Shown: one piece after another, positions 1 through 11,979 of the stretch
Position numbering within the stretch: position 1 is the stretch's first letter
How the letters are laid out: the number at the start of each line of letters is the position of its first letter
From: Rotaria socialis
Lineage: Eukaryota
Assembly: GCA_905331295.1 (NCBI GenBank)
Contig: CAJNYD010000100.1
Location: forward strand, 1 to 38,000
Direction: 5' to 3'
DNA: 38,000 nt
Position numbers and translations under genes: made by a program
The notes under the pieces: generated by a model
Databases searched by the model: none
What the model was told of the DNA's origin: nothing
Seen by the model: only the letters and a program-made list of their open reading frames with translations

Positions 1-725
1 GATATATCATCTTACTCAGAATTTGATGCTCTATCAAACTAGATACTCTAAAGAAAATTAAAAATTTTTGAAAAAACCTTGAGGCTAAGAAAACTGTTTT
101 TCAAAAAAGTATATTTTTCTTTTGAAACTGAAGTAGGCTCATTCGATAGAGCATCCAAAATTGCATAGGCTGTATCATTTTCAAATTGCTTCCTCCTTTA
201 TTACAGGCCAAAGATAAAAGTCAAAAAATATAGGCCAGGTTTTTCAAGGTTTTTGGTCATTAGTACAGTTTTTCACATGAAAAACAGGATTTGGAATCTC
301 ATAAAATTTTTAATTCTTAGATCTTAGGTAGTTTTGTGTGTAGCTGAGTTAGTTTTTTGATTCCCAAAACCTCACATTTAATACTGCAACGACTTCAACT
401 CAATAAGATAGCTAGCGCCACCTACATATAAATTCAATATTTCTCCTATGGAAATTAACATTTTATGAATTGTAACTCCATATTTGGAATCAGCATAAAA
501 TTCTGAATCGAATGATGTAGTTTTCACAAGAATTTGTCGAAAAAACAATTTTCAACATTCTTGAGGGGTCCTAGGGGCAAAAAAATTCAAAAAAAAAAAA
601 AAGTCATTTTCCAAAAAATAAAAATACCTCATCTTGGTCAGAATTTTATGCTGATTCCAAATATACGACTTTTATACAAAAATATTGGGGGCGAGAAAAT
701 GGCCTTATCCGCCTCCCTCCTTTAC
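1..725. mobile_element. Probable non-autonomous DNA transposon fragment, left end likely outside the window
   Basis: Perfect 27-bp inverted repeat ATATTTGGAATCAGCATAAAATTCTGA at 480-506 / 638-664, plus weaker inverted motifs near 16-50 and 137-162. No credible coding frame. Termini and TSD not resolved, so boundaries are approximate. Confidence 0.5.
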
Positions 726-3718
726 TTAATTGATGAGCATGAATTTCACAAATACGTAGAACTAATAGTTTCAAATAACTAACAACATTAGAAGACTATT
801 TTAATTATATAATATTACGGAAAATCCTTCTAAATAAGGTTCATGATCAGGAATGCGATTCAAAGTTGTGCGGTTGAAATTGATGACAAGAAGCTTTGTC
901 CAAGAGTATGAAAATTTCAACTATTTAACATTTTTGTTAATGAGGAGACTTCCACCAGCAAAAAACGAATTTAGTGTACGCGTTTGGTGGTTAGTGATTA
1001 ACATTAATGAAGAAATCAACATGAAATGTTACAAGTAAAAAGAAATAGATTGTTTCATCGACGCTTGACATATGAATACAAGAATTTTTTTCTAAAAACG
1101 AGTTCTGTGTAGTAAACATACTAATTAAAGATGTCTGTTTTTCTATCTGTTCTATCAAAGATGCCAATTTATATAAACAGGATAAGTATTACAAAGTAAT
1201 CTAATCTATAAATAAACGTAAAAACTTGTTTGAATTCAATAGTTCTGAACCATAACTATATATAGAAATTATTGCGACTGTTGATAGTAATAATTTCATT
1301 AATATTAACTCCCACACTGAATTATTCGACATTCAAATTTTAAAAAAAGCAAAGATCCTATCTACTAGATGAAATATTTTAGTGATTCTAGATTGAAATC
1401 TATAACTTCGGTTTTGCTATGTATTATAATTTTTCACATCTAAATCGATCAAAAACAACATCAAATAAATTATTTGTTTAGAGTTCATAATTTTAGGATG
1501 CATCTCTTTTGTAAGTTCAGACCAGAGCGGTTAGGAAACTTTGTGCTCGAAGCAAAATTCTCAACACTTCTATGGCAAAAAAAACATTCTTCTCCGTTTT
1601 TTGCACAGGGAAACACGTTTAACTTGATTAAATACAAATGATTCAAGACCACCCATCGATGTTGATTAGCTATTTGTTTTTGACTTTTGTCTTAGGAGTA
1701 CAAAAATTTAATTAGTGTTTCTTATTTGTTGTGTTCAATATTCATCGAAGTATGTCAATCTCCTGATAACATTAAGTTCCTTACCTCAAGCGAAAAACAC
1801 CGATGGCAATATTCTTTAATGTACAATTATGTATGCGAAACTAAAGTTATTACTTAAACAAACATACCAGATTAGGGTGTGTTTTGTTTGCCACCGATCA
1901 ACTGATGATAGATGTGCTCAATGAAATTAGAAAGACAAAAATTACAATTTTAAAACAACACTGAAATATAAAGCAGAGAATTACAAGTAAAAGAAATAGA
2001 AAGTCTCACGTTAAGTGATGGGCCACTCTTTTTCCTGTCCTACTCATTATTGTAAGTGACATAAGATAGAATATCTTTTGAATTAGAAAATATTACAACA
2101 CGTAGTAGCTCTGTTGTGATAGATATTAAATTAATGAACAGTATTGAAGTATTCTAGACACGCGAATAATATATTATTGGTCACACATAAGCTATTGCTG
2201 TTCAGTCTATTTTAGGATTTTGTCATGCGCCTATATAAGAGTTCTCCAGCTAATAGAGAAATCACTGAAACTTACTTCTTTAGGATTAATAAATTATAGC
2301 GATATTTCAATACACCCCCAGTTATATCCTCAAGACATGAGTCTACATCGAAAAATGTTGGGTGAAGCATGAATCCCGTTTTTCAAAGAAAAATGATATA
2401 ATGTATCGTAAATGTCACACTTCCTGAAATATATTTACTTTGCAATAAAAACCAGATATATTTCTACTATAAGAAATCGAAAGTGACATTTTCTATCAAT
2501 CAGTTGACGAACGTCAAGAATAAAGAGAAACTACAACCATGGTGAAATTGACCATCAAGAACACTGCATTGACACTGGTTTATAAATGTCCATAGAACGA
2601 GAATCATCTGATATTTAATTACTTTTATGAGTTATTATTCATGATTATCTATGCTCATAATCATCTTAGCTGTAAATTAATAGTCACACTGCGAAGAGGT
2701 TTTTTTCTGTTACAATAATAAGTATCTGGCTGGTAGCAAATGATGAAATTCTAAAAGCGTACTTTTTTTTGGGAGTGGGGCTGATTTCTAAGATAGCGAA
2801 ACGTATTCCTGCAGTTCTGTGTCAATAGTTACAACAGATGTTCAAAGGCATATGTTCCTAGCTTCCATTCTCAACATGAACCATGCACAAAAGAGCAACC
2901 TTAGTTTCCATGCAGAGAAATTAAGCAAAGCATTATAAAACAGACTCGTTAAATATTATTTCAATGCTCTACTTTCTATTGAGTCAAAGAAGAAAACTTG
3001 AAAATAAGCATATATATGATGTGCTTTTCACAGCTATAATGATCCGTTTTTACGTAACTATAACCGGAATTCATATTTCAGAAAACTGCCGCATGAGTAT
3101 CAGATAAATTGCTTTTTGTTTCAATAGAAAATTTTATTTTTTTGACATTAGCCACAATATCTAGCCAAGGTACTATAATTGTGCTCGTTCTTTTGCATTT
3201 TTTAGTATTATATCGCTGGAAAGAAACAAAACCAATAGAATATTTAACAATTACTATATAATTCTAATAAGACAGATCTCGTGGGAGTCACAGAAGAATC
3301 TGTTGAATTTCAATAATTAATTTTAAGAAAATATATTCAAATACCGTATACTTGCATTGATTTTAAATATTCTACCTTTTGTTAAATCGCAGCGTATTCG
3401 ATGCTTAGAAGTAGCAGATACTTGAATAGCTTTCCTGAAAAAATGTCAATAACATGGAAAAATATTCAATTTTTCTCAAGAAAGAATATCTTTCTTTGAA
3501 ATCCATGCATAATTTTCTTTGAATGTATTTGTCAGTTATCCTTACATCAAAAGAATATTTCCAGTATGCATTCTCTATTTTTCCGGCTACCTATTATATT
3601 CAGTTCAAGCAAAAAATACTTCTTAGTTGACGCAGGTCCATTGATTATAATGAGATCTTTTTCTGCAATGAATAGTGTTGAATACTAGAAAAGCTTTTAA
3701 CGATTTTATCTCTGAACA

Positions 3719-3874
3719 CATCGGCGGGCCACCATTGGGGCAAGGTGGGGCAGTTGCCCCACCCAGAATTTTTATTCTTATAGATGCGATTCGTTCATTT
3801 TTTTTTCCTAGAGCTGCTATAGACATTTTAATAATTTTTGCCCCACCAAAAACAATTACTCTGGCCCGCCGATG
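3719..3874. mobile_element. hAT-like MITE, 156 bp
   Basis: 13-bp perfect TIR CATCGGCGGGCCA...TGGCCCGCCGATG, flanked by a perfect 8-bp TSD TCTGAACA (3711-3718, 3875-3882). Internal GGGGCA/TGCCCC repeats. Confidence 0.92.
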
Positions 3875-3912
3875 TCTGAACATGACAGAAAAATAATTCA
3901 GATTTCTTTCAA

Positions 3913-4040
3913 GCAGAGACGGCGGCAAGTCAAATCAAGTTAGCACTAATTTCCAAAACATTTTCAAGCCGGGTCAAGTCATCACCTATTCAAAAAACCT
4001 CCAAGAGTCTATTCAAATCCCAGCTTGTTCTCGTCAAGGT
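3913..4040 (+). repeat. Dispersed repeat fragment with CAAGTC motifs (likely degraded DNA transposon end)
   Basis: GCAGAGACGGCGGCAAGTCAAATCAAGT resembles GCAGAGATAGGCAAGTCAAAG at about 30751; both are followed by further caagtc motifs. Confidence 0.4.
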
Positions 4041-4655
4041 TTTTTTTGTTCAAGAGTATATCAAAAAATAAGTAAAACGACAGCTGATATAAAAAAAAAC
4101 AAAGGAATCACAAATAATCGATTTAAATTCATAAATCAATGGACTTAACTTGCATATTTCTGCTTTTTAGTCATGAAAATGTATATTCCTGTTCACGATT
4201 AGTAGGAAAAATCTATAGACGCAAAGCAATAGACTGTTGCGAAGTCTGATCATGTGCTATATTGTTAATCAGATAAATATGAAAAGAGGCAAAGCAAAGA
4301 TCGATAAGAATTAATTGAATACTAAGAACAATCTACTGTGTTAACATATGAATATATTTATACGATTGAAGTATGTCTTCCGTCTACAAATGACGACATC
4401 ACAGTAGATACTTCAGGAAAGGTTATGTCGATCATCCAATAAAAAGCAAGAACTGTGTGTGTCTATAGAATCGCCAAAACAGCCAATCGGGCTGAGTTTC
4501 AGAAAAAGTTCAATGATAAGAAGAATTATTCAATTGAAATATATTGATTTTATTAAAAAACCAACAAGAGCTACTGTATAAAATTTGCAATCAGTATTTT
4601 TTCCAAGATTTAATAATCATTATATAAATAATTTCTTCACAGTTTGTCATTTCAG

Positions 4656-5378
4656 ATGCTTTTACGACGTCTTTTTCGTTTAAACTTTCCATCACTCATC
4701 AATATTCCTCGTGCGTCTTTCTCATTGACATCACTACATTATGCAGCTAAGCCAACAACACCCGCAGCACCTACAGATCAAGCTACGCCAACTGCTCAAT
4801 CGTCTCAATTAGCACACAATAAAACAAAAACTTCATTACGAGGTACACCCTACAATGTTACTGATATTGAAACATCTCTTCGTTATATGGAAAGTGATGC
4901 ATACAAAACTGTTTACGGTAGTGAACCTGTATGGAAAAATTATGTACGCAATCGAACAAAACAACGTTTTCCTCATTATACACGCGATTTTTGCGTTGAA
5001 GAAGGTCTCTACATACGTGGTAATCCATGTCCAGTATGTCGTGATGAATATCTTCTACTTGATTATCGCAATGTTAAATTGTTGAAACAATTTGTGAATG
5101 ATCATACAGGTGAAGTCGAACCGGTATTAAAAACTTCCATATGTCAAGCACAATTACGAAATCTTCGAGTTGCATTACGTAAAGCTTATGATTTCGGTTC
5201 AATGACATATGAAATACCTTTTCGAACATATGATTATCGAGATTATTATCCAGAATTACGTGATGAAAAAGATCGTACATCATCACTTTTAATGACAATA
5301 CTTCATGCAGTTCAAGATCAAAAACTAGAAAGCCTTGATCAATTAACATTAACTGATGACCAACTTCATGCTACATAA
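4656..5378 (+). CDS. MRPS18B: Mitochondrial 28S ribosomal protein S18b (240 aa, no intron in the CDS)
   Basis: ATG at 4656 directly after TTTCAG. Basic/hydroxylated N-terminal presequence. YMESDAYKTVYGSEPVWKNYVRN, GNPCPVCRDEYLLLDYRNVKLLKQFV and TSICQAQ match the S18b family as I recall it. Confidence 0.93.
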   Translation: MLLRRLFRLNFPSLINIPRASFSLTSLHYAAKPTTPAAPTDQATPTAQSSQLAHNKTKTSLRGTPYNVTDIETSLRYMESDAYKTVYGSEPVWKNYVRNRTKQRFPHYTRDFCVEEGLYIRGNPCPVCRDEYLLLDYRNVKLLKQFVNDHTGEVEPVLKTSICQAQLRNLRVALRKAYDFGSMTYEIPFRTYDYRDYYPELRDEKDRTSSLLMTILHAVQDQKLESLDQLTLTDDQLHAT

Positions 5379-6434
5379 AAGTTTTTGTTTTTCTTTGTTC
5401 AATTAAAAGAAGTAAAACCTCAAATGTATTGTCTTTCTTTTACTCATCGCATAGTTCATACAGTATTAAGATGAGTCATTTACAGATAGAAGTTCTTTGC
5501 AATATGCCGTTATTGAGAACTATTGCTCGAATGTGATAGATCAATTTATTTATTTATTTTTTAAATCATTCTTCATATTGCATGCTAACCACTCTAGACG
5601 AATTTCGAATGAACTTAAAAAAACGAAATATCTGACACTGAACTAGTAAATTGACAGAGACATAAGCGAATGAAAGCGAGAAATGAAGTATTGACTTTCG
5701 ACCGAACTTCGATCTATCGAATTTATTTCAATTGTTTTTACTTGCCATATGCTTGTTATCAAAATTAATAGGTTATTTGAAACCAGCTGATAACTTCAGT
5801 TTTTCGAAGATGAATAGCTATAAAAGAAATCGAATTCAAACTTAATCGTTTACTGGTATGTGAAAATAAGATATTCTTTAGTAATCTTATCGTTATCTAA
5901 GTAAAAAAATATTCATTAAAATAGACCGTCATCATTACTTTTGTTTTTTCCTTGCTTCAACAATTATCTAGAATAAACATTGACCAGATTTTCCTAGATT
6001 ATCATCATCTGTGTCGAAATATCAAGTGTAGATAGGAGGGATTTCTTTGTCTTAACATACGCATGTCTATGAAAAACTATCCGATTGATATTTATCACAT
6101 TCATTAGGGATAGAGAAAAAAATAGTCCATCAGGCCTTTTCTTTCTCTTCTTCCCCCTATTTACAATAATGCGATAGCTACTCATTTGTCCTTACTTTCT
6201 TCTCTATCCATCGTTGTTTTCTTATCCATTCAACACAAGATGATATATCGTCATTCTGTTTTCTGCTATTTACGTTGTCTTCTTTTTGATGTACAGCATG
6301 GCTTGTGACAAGATGTTCTTCGCATGTAGCATCCAGGTCTTACTAATCACATGTATTATATTCCCGTATATATGTATCTGTGCATATTCGTAAATACTTT
6401 AGATTATTCACACGACTAAAAGCAAAAGTCTATC

Positions 6435-9400
6435 ATGTTTGCCGTACTGCCCAATAATCCTATGTTTGATCGCGTAGATCATATTCATAGGCGAATGCCA
6501 TCATTTCGACTCGAACAACATTATTACTATCCATTACATCAACAAAATACCAATACAGAAAATAGAACGATAAAATGCCCAAGGTGAGATAAGAGCCATA
6601 CTTTGTTTTTTGCACGGTCACATACGCTTTTACGCTGCATGCAAACCTAATATATAGCACACACCATACTTTATAGATAAAAGACACTTTTTTCTTGCTA
6701 AACATGAATCCTATTGAATTCGGAGAAAAAACACGTCATGATCATTATTTAATGGATCAGGATGTGACTTATGCTAATCATGGTAGTTATGGACCATGCC
6801 CTCGTTTTGTTTACGAAGAATTGCAACGTATTCGTTTTGAACAAGAAAAAAATCCTGATCGTTGGTTTCGTTTAACAAAATATACTTTATATGCTGATTG
6901 CGTACGAGCGGCAGCCAATCGACTCGATTGTGATTTCGAACAAATAGCACTGGTCGACAATGCCACTGTAGGTATTAATGCTATACTAAAATCACCATTG
7001 CCATCATTTACATCAAAACCAGGCGGAACAGTTTTATGCATCAATTTAGCATATGGCTCAGTCTTGTTTACTATTGAAGAGATGGTTAAACATCGTAACA
7101 TGAAAATGCGAAAGATTGATATTCAATTACCAGTGAAAAGTAAACACGACTTTATTCAACAATTTGAAGATGAACTGAAAAAAGGTGATGTTGAAAATAT
7201 TCGTCTTGCTGTTATTGATCATATTACAAGTTCAACGGCTATTCTTTTACCAATCAATGAACTTACTGATCTATTGCATGAACATGGCATTCCAGTAGTT
7301 GTCGACGGAGCACATGGACCCGGTCAAGTGTTTCCACAACTCTCATTGAAGACGCTTACTTGTGATTTTTATATTGGCACATTTCATAAATGGATGTACG
7401 CAGCAAGAGGTTGTTCGTTTCTTTTTGTTCGTGATACAATTATTGCAAATCAACTTCAACCAAGCAATACATCATGGGGTTATCGTCCATCGTTATCTCA
7501 ACTTGCTATAATGACACATTTTCATCTGCAATTTTTTCATCAAGGTACACGTGATGAATCGGCTTTTTTAACTTTACCAAAAGCAATCGAATTTGCTGAT
7601 TCCATGGCTGGTGGATTTGATCGAATTTATCAATACAATTCAACATTGAGTCAACAAGCAAAAACTTTACTCGAACAACGTTGGAATACACAAGAAAAAG
7701 ATCTTGTTCCTAGTGACATGCATGCGCCCTATTTAAAAATGATTCAATTACCTGATTTAGTAGACTATAAAAAAAATGATGATGATGCTGTTCGTCTTAT
7801 CAATGACTTAATTGAACATCATAAACTAGTTTCAATTATTTTATGTGTGAATAACGAACTTTATGTTCGTATTGCTACACAGATTTATAATCATATTGAA
7901 GACTATATAGTTTTAGCTGATGCAATCGATAAACTTAAAAAATAAATAAATCAATAAATTTCTTCTTTTCTGTTTTAGACGTTTACGTTCATTATGCATT
8001 CGAAAATTAATTTCAAACGAACGATATTTGCATTCTTGTCTACAAGAAAAGCATATTCTATCGTCGACACCATCAAATATATTTTATTCAATAGCACAAG
8101 AAGCTATATTTATGAATGAATATCAAATAATCGAAATTCTTATTGCCTATTGGCCATTAGTTCATCTAGAAATTTACCGTCTTCTACCATTATCGTCGAT
8201 GTTATTTCAGATTCATAATCAACAACCAGATGATGAAATTGATTCAATTGCAAAAATTTTAGAAAGAAAATTACCCGATGGTTCGTCATTAGTCGATTAT
8301 ATTGTCATGGGTTTAGTGAATAAACATAGAAGTTTGTCACGTCTTAAAATTGTTGATTTTCATCGATGTTCATCAAGTAATATCAAATGTTTTTTCTGTT
8401 TTGTTTTTAAAAGATTTCGCATTTTAAAGGTGCTCAAATGACAAAGGAACTTTTTCGTTTACCATTACTATGGACTTCACCAGAAAAACGTCGTTCATTA
8501 CAAAAACGAATGTGTAAGTTAAATAGACAAAAAAAAAGAAGAAAAAGTTTTATAGTTAAATTTAATTTTAATTGATACAGCTATTGAAAAAACAAAACTA
8601 GACAAGTATATTGAAGGATTCAATTATGTGTATCAATACTATGATAAATCAATTGGACATGAAGTTAATTTTGGTAGACTATCGCATGGAATGATAACCT
8701 TAGATTTTCAAAACTATAGCATGTGCGTGATTTATCCTTTAATCCTCCATTTTGAATTTTTCTTTTGATGAGAATAGTCATGAAGATTTTCAGATTTTAT
8801 TGAATGTTTTCCATCATTCACTGAAAACATCTAATACAACTGACGACATATTATTTGATTATTCTCAAAATATAGATTCAATTCACGTCAGAAGAGAGGA
8901 GTAGAATATTATCTCTTTCAGTTTTAATTTGATTTAAAATCTCAAAATGAGATCTTTATGAAATTATAAAGATAATGTCGACGTCAATCAACTTTAACAC
9001 ACCTACTTTTTTTTCTTCTTTAGAACCTATAAAAATTATTCATGATTGTCAAATAATAAATGAAGATACAATCGTCGGCCTTGAAATTCAACAGCTAACT
9101 CCGTTTCGATTCCATTTTCATAAATTATGGATCAATAATTATTTTCGGCAAATTTTACCACCCAATATATCATTCGATATTAATTTAGTTTTAACTCTCA
9201 CAAATGTTGATGTAACTATTCTATAGCTAGCTTGTTTTTCCGATTGCATTTTCTTTTATTTTTGTCGTTTATAGAACATCACACATTTTCATTTAAGTGA
9301 TACAAATATGGAAACAACAGAAAATGAATTAAAATTACTTGTACGATGTTTATCAAATCTACGTAATTTGCGTGTACTCTGTTTACAACGTGTTCTTAAT

Positions 9401-10109
9401 TTATATCCTAATCGGTAAATAAAAATATCGAATCTTTTTATTTCTTCGCTTCAATAAAATTAAAATTTTCAGATATACAACACCACATATACTAATGAAT
9501 TTATGTACAGATTTCAATCGACTATTACGTCGTTTAATTTATTTACGAAAACTTGATTTATCCTATTCATATCTTCAATCTTATATTCGTATTTTATTTA
9601 GTGGCCTTATTCAACCACTAGAATATCTGAATTTACAAGATTGCCGTTTAATATCAAATGATTTAGAATTTCTACTATCAATGCGTAATTTACGGCATTT
9701 AAATGAAATGAATTTAAGTATGAACAATTTTGGTACACGTGCGTGTTCAAATATAATTTTACAGCTTATTCCTCGTTGTTTGCAATTAACAATACTATCA
9801 ATTGGCTATTGTTCATTGCAAGCGTCGACGATTGGACAACTAGCTGATTATTTTATTAAAGAAAAAAATGAAACGAAAATTTCTTACCTATCATTTAAAT
9901 CTATAATACCGTATTATAATTATGAATTCGATGTTTTATTACAAAAATTTGGACAAATAAAAACATTAAAAAAAATTTTATTATTTCCACAATTACATAC
10001 TTATCCAGGTGCAAATGATGATGAAAGAGAAATAGTAGCAAGAGAACTCTATCGCAGATGTTGCCAAACTTTGCAAACATTAAATAGACAAGATTTAGAA
10101 ATATTATGA
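6435..10109 (+). CDS. LRRC14/PRAME-family leucine-rich repeat protein, about 562 aa, 7 exons: 6435-6583, 7979-8376, 8430-8513, 8581-8673, 9024-9211, 9275-9414, 9473-10109
   Basis: All six GT-AG junctions are phase-compatible and give one open frame of 1689 nt. N-terminal PRRLRSLCIRKL is BC-box-like. IAYWPLVHL and C-terminal LRRs (LRKLDLSYS, LEYLNLQDCRL, LNEMNLSMNN) are typical of LRRC14/PRAME. Confidence 0.82.
6704..7945 (+). CDS. PLP-dependent aminotransferase class V / C-S lyase (Egt2 hercynylcysteine-sulfoxide lyase, L-cysteine desulfhydrase or isopenicillin-N epimerase-like), 413 aa, intronless, nested in intron 1 of the LRRC14-like gene
   Basis: Motifs NHGSYGPCP, NATVGIN, DHITS, VDGAHGPGQ, DFYIGTFHKW (PLP lysine), QGTRD and YVRIATQIYN. 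Uninterrupted ORF from ATG 6704 to TAA 7943-7945. Confidence 0.92.
   Translation: MNPIEFGEKTRHDHYLMDQDVTYANHGSYGPCPRFVYEELQRIRFEQEKNPDRWFRLTKYTLYADCVRAAANRLDCDFEQIALVDNATVGINAILKSPLPSFTSKPGGTVLCINLAYGSVLFTIEEMVKHRNMKMRKIDIQLPVKSKHDFIQQFEDELKKGDVENIRLAVIDHITSSTAILLPINELTDLLHEHGIPVVVDGAHGPGQVFPQLSLKTLTCDFYIGTFHKWMYAARGCSFLFVRDTIIANQLQPSNTSWGYRPSLSQLAIMTHFHLQFFHQGTRDESAFLTLPKAIEFADSMAGGFDRIYQYNSTLSQQAKTLLEQRWNTQEKDLVPSDMHAPYLKMIQLPDLVDYKKNDDDAVRLINDLIEHHKLVSIILCVNNELYVRIATQIYNHIEDYIVLADAIDKLKK
7941..7958 (+). terminator. Clustered AATAAA polyadenylation signals of the nested lyase gene
   Basis: AATAAA at 7941, 7945 and 7953, overlapping or just after the stop codon and directly before the pyrimidine tract and AG (7977-7978) of the host intron. 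Confidence 0.55.
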
Positions 10110-11952
10110 AAAAAAAAACAAGAAAATTTTATTTTTTAAATAAATATTAAAAAAACTGGCAAAGAATATCGTTTTTTTTTTTTAATTTCAAATAATGAAT
10201 CAGAGTTATGTAATAGCTCTGTAAGTGATGCACTCTGTTTGAGTAAATTGCAATGAAATTTGAAGTATATTTACAACTTGGTTTTTCGATATTTTCAATC
10301 CTGAGTGCTCTATCATCGGTCATGACCTGTAGAAATCAGTGCGACAGTAGTAGCAGTTGCTAAATAATTGTTTTCTGATGTTACAAAGTAAGAGTAAAGT
10401 AGATAAATAAATATTTTTCTTAATATATAGATTGCCGAGTATTGAATCTTTAAAACAAATAGAAACTGAAGCGAACAGGATACAGAGCTACGAAGAAAAG
10501 AAAAGCGTGATCCTTTTTCCGAAGATATATATATTGCATATTATAAATAGTAAAAAGCATTTGTTATATAATATGGGGATGAATTAATTGTTAGCAACAT
10601 CAATGCTAATATTACATTTTTCTTTGTTTTCTTCTATTGGGAATATTCTAGTATGGCTCCAAATGAATCTTATGAACGAATAAAAGAAGAAATGATCGTT
10701 GTATTTTTGGGTGTGGGTGTTGCAATAGATACATCTCTCAATGGACATAATTTTATTTTGAATATCTAAATGATCAAATCAAAGCCTCATAGAGTGAATT
10801 AAAATTTTGTCATAGTATTTCTAAAGAAATCAAAAAAAAAAAGACTTTTATTATTATTATTACTAATAATTATTCGCTATGCTGAACGTATTATTTCCAT
10901 TCATTCCCAAGAGTATGATTTTGTGTTAGCTATGTGAATATTTTATTTAACATTACATTATAATCATCATTCTTTTGGCGCTGTCGACATGTTGCTTTAT
11001 CACTTATGAATATGCATTAGTTATAAATCTATAATAATTGACCTTTATTTAGTGTGATAAACAATAAAAATTGGATAGATTGCTGCAATGAATCTACTTG
11101 TAGATAGTTCAAATTCACAGTTGCTTGTTACGTGAAAGACTAGACGAATACAATTTTTCATTCTAGGTGATAATTCTTCTCTCTCTCTTATATCAAATCA
11201 AATTCATCGATCACGATTAACTACCCTTATCGAATGTTTGTTTTATCGAGCACAAAGATCACTTCTTGTTCATCAGTGATTAATTATTTCTACAAGATAA
11301 TAGTTCAGTATAAAATTTATCATAAATACATATCGCTAAATAACGTCGTGTGAGAAAGATTAAAGAATCATCACATTCTAAATCACTACGTAATAACGCA
11401 TTATTACATTATTCACTTATTCTTTGCAAAGGTATACTTTTCTCCGTTTTCTTTTCTTTTGAGATAAAAGAATCAAGACTTTGTTCCATTTCCTTGTTAG
11501 GAGAGAGAAAATTGTGCCCTAGTTAATTAGCGCCGTATTCTTTAGAAATGTATGTATATTTTAACCTTCTGGGATTTTTTTTTTCGACCTCCATGCTTAA
11601 TGTATGCTAGTAAATGAATGGATTTCTCGCTTTTTCTTTCTCTCAAATAATCTTGTTTCATATTAATTACATCTTTAAATAGTAGTTGACAGGTATATAA
11701 GCATGCTGATTTCTTAATTCTATAGGTAGATTTCATTTTGACGGTCAATCAAAGTATGCAAAACTATTTCTAATGTTGTTAATATATAATAGGGTTATTT
11801 GACGTAAAAGACAAGAGTATTATAGAGCGATCATCTATTCTAAGAAAGTGAGAAATTATTAAGTGGCACACTCCCCTTAATAGTTTATCACGTAAGACAA
11901 TGTCATTATTTCCTTTAAAGTTCATTTATAATTTATATGTTGTAATCATTTT

Positions 11953-11979
11953 TTCTTCTTCTTCTTCTTCTTCTTCTTC
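11953..11979 (+). repeat. (TTC)9 microsatellite
   Basis: Read directly from the sequence. Confidence 0.9.

Noticed and set aside
534..782. 82-aa Lys-rich ORF
   Set aside because: TTG start, lies within a repeat with inverted arms, and its composition comes from poly-A runs.
780..3600. Scattered exon-like or transposase-like fragments (e.g. about 843-910 IRNAIQSCAVEIDDKKLCPRV; about 2284-2545)
   Set aside because: Too short and degraded to assign without a search.
3623..3928. Overlapping ORFs on both strands
   Set aside because: Created by the GC-rich hAT-like MITE at 3719-3874.
6298..6392. Short ATG-initiated hydrophobic ORF (MACDKMFFACSIQ...) upstream of the LRR gene
   Set aside because: About 31 codons with no homology I recognise; at most a uORF.
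4855..7691. Alternative-frame and antisense ORFs over MRPS18B and the lyase
   Set aside because: Shadows of real coding sequence with no recognisable motifs.
10709..10720. GGGTGTGGGTGT as a telomere-like repeat
   Set aside because: Only two units and no inverted partner; can arise by chance or from degraded coding sequence.
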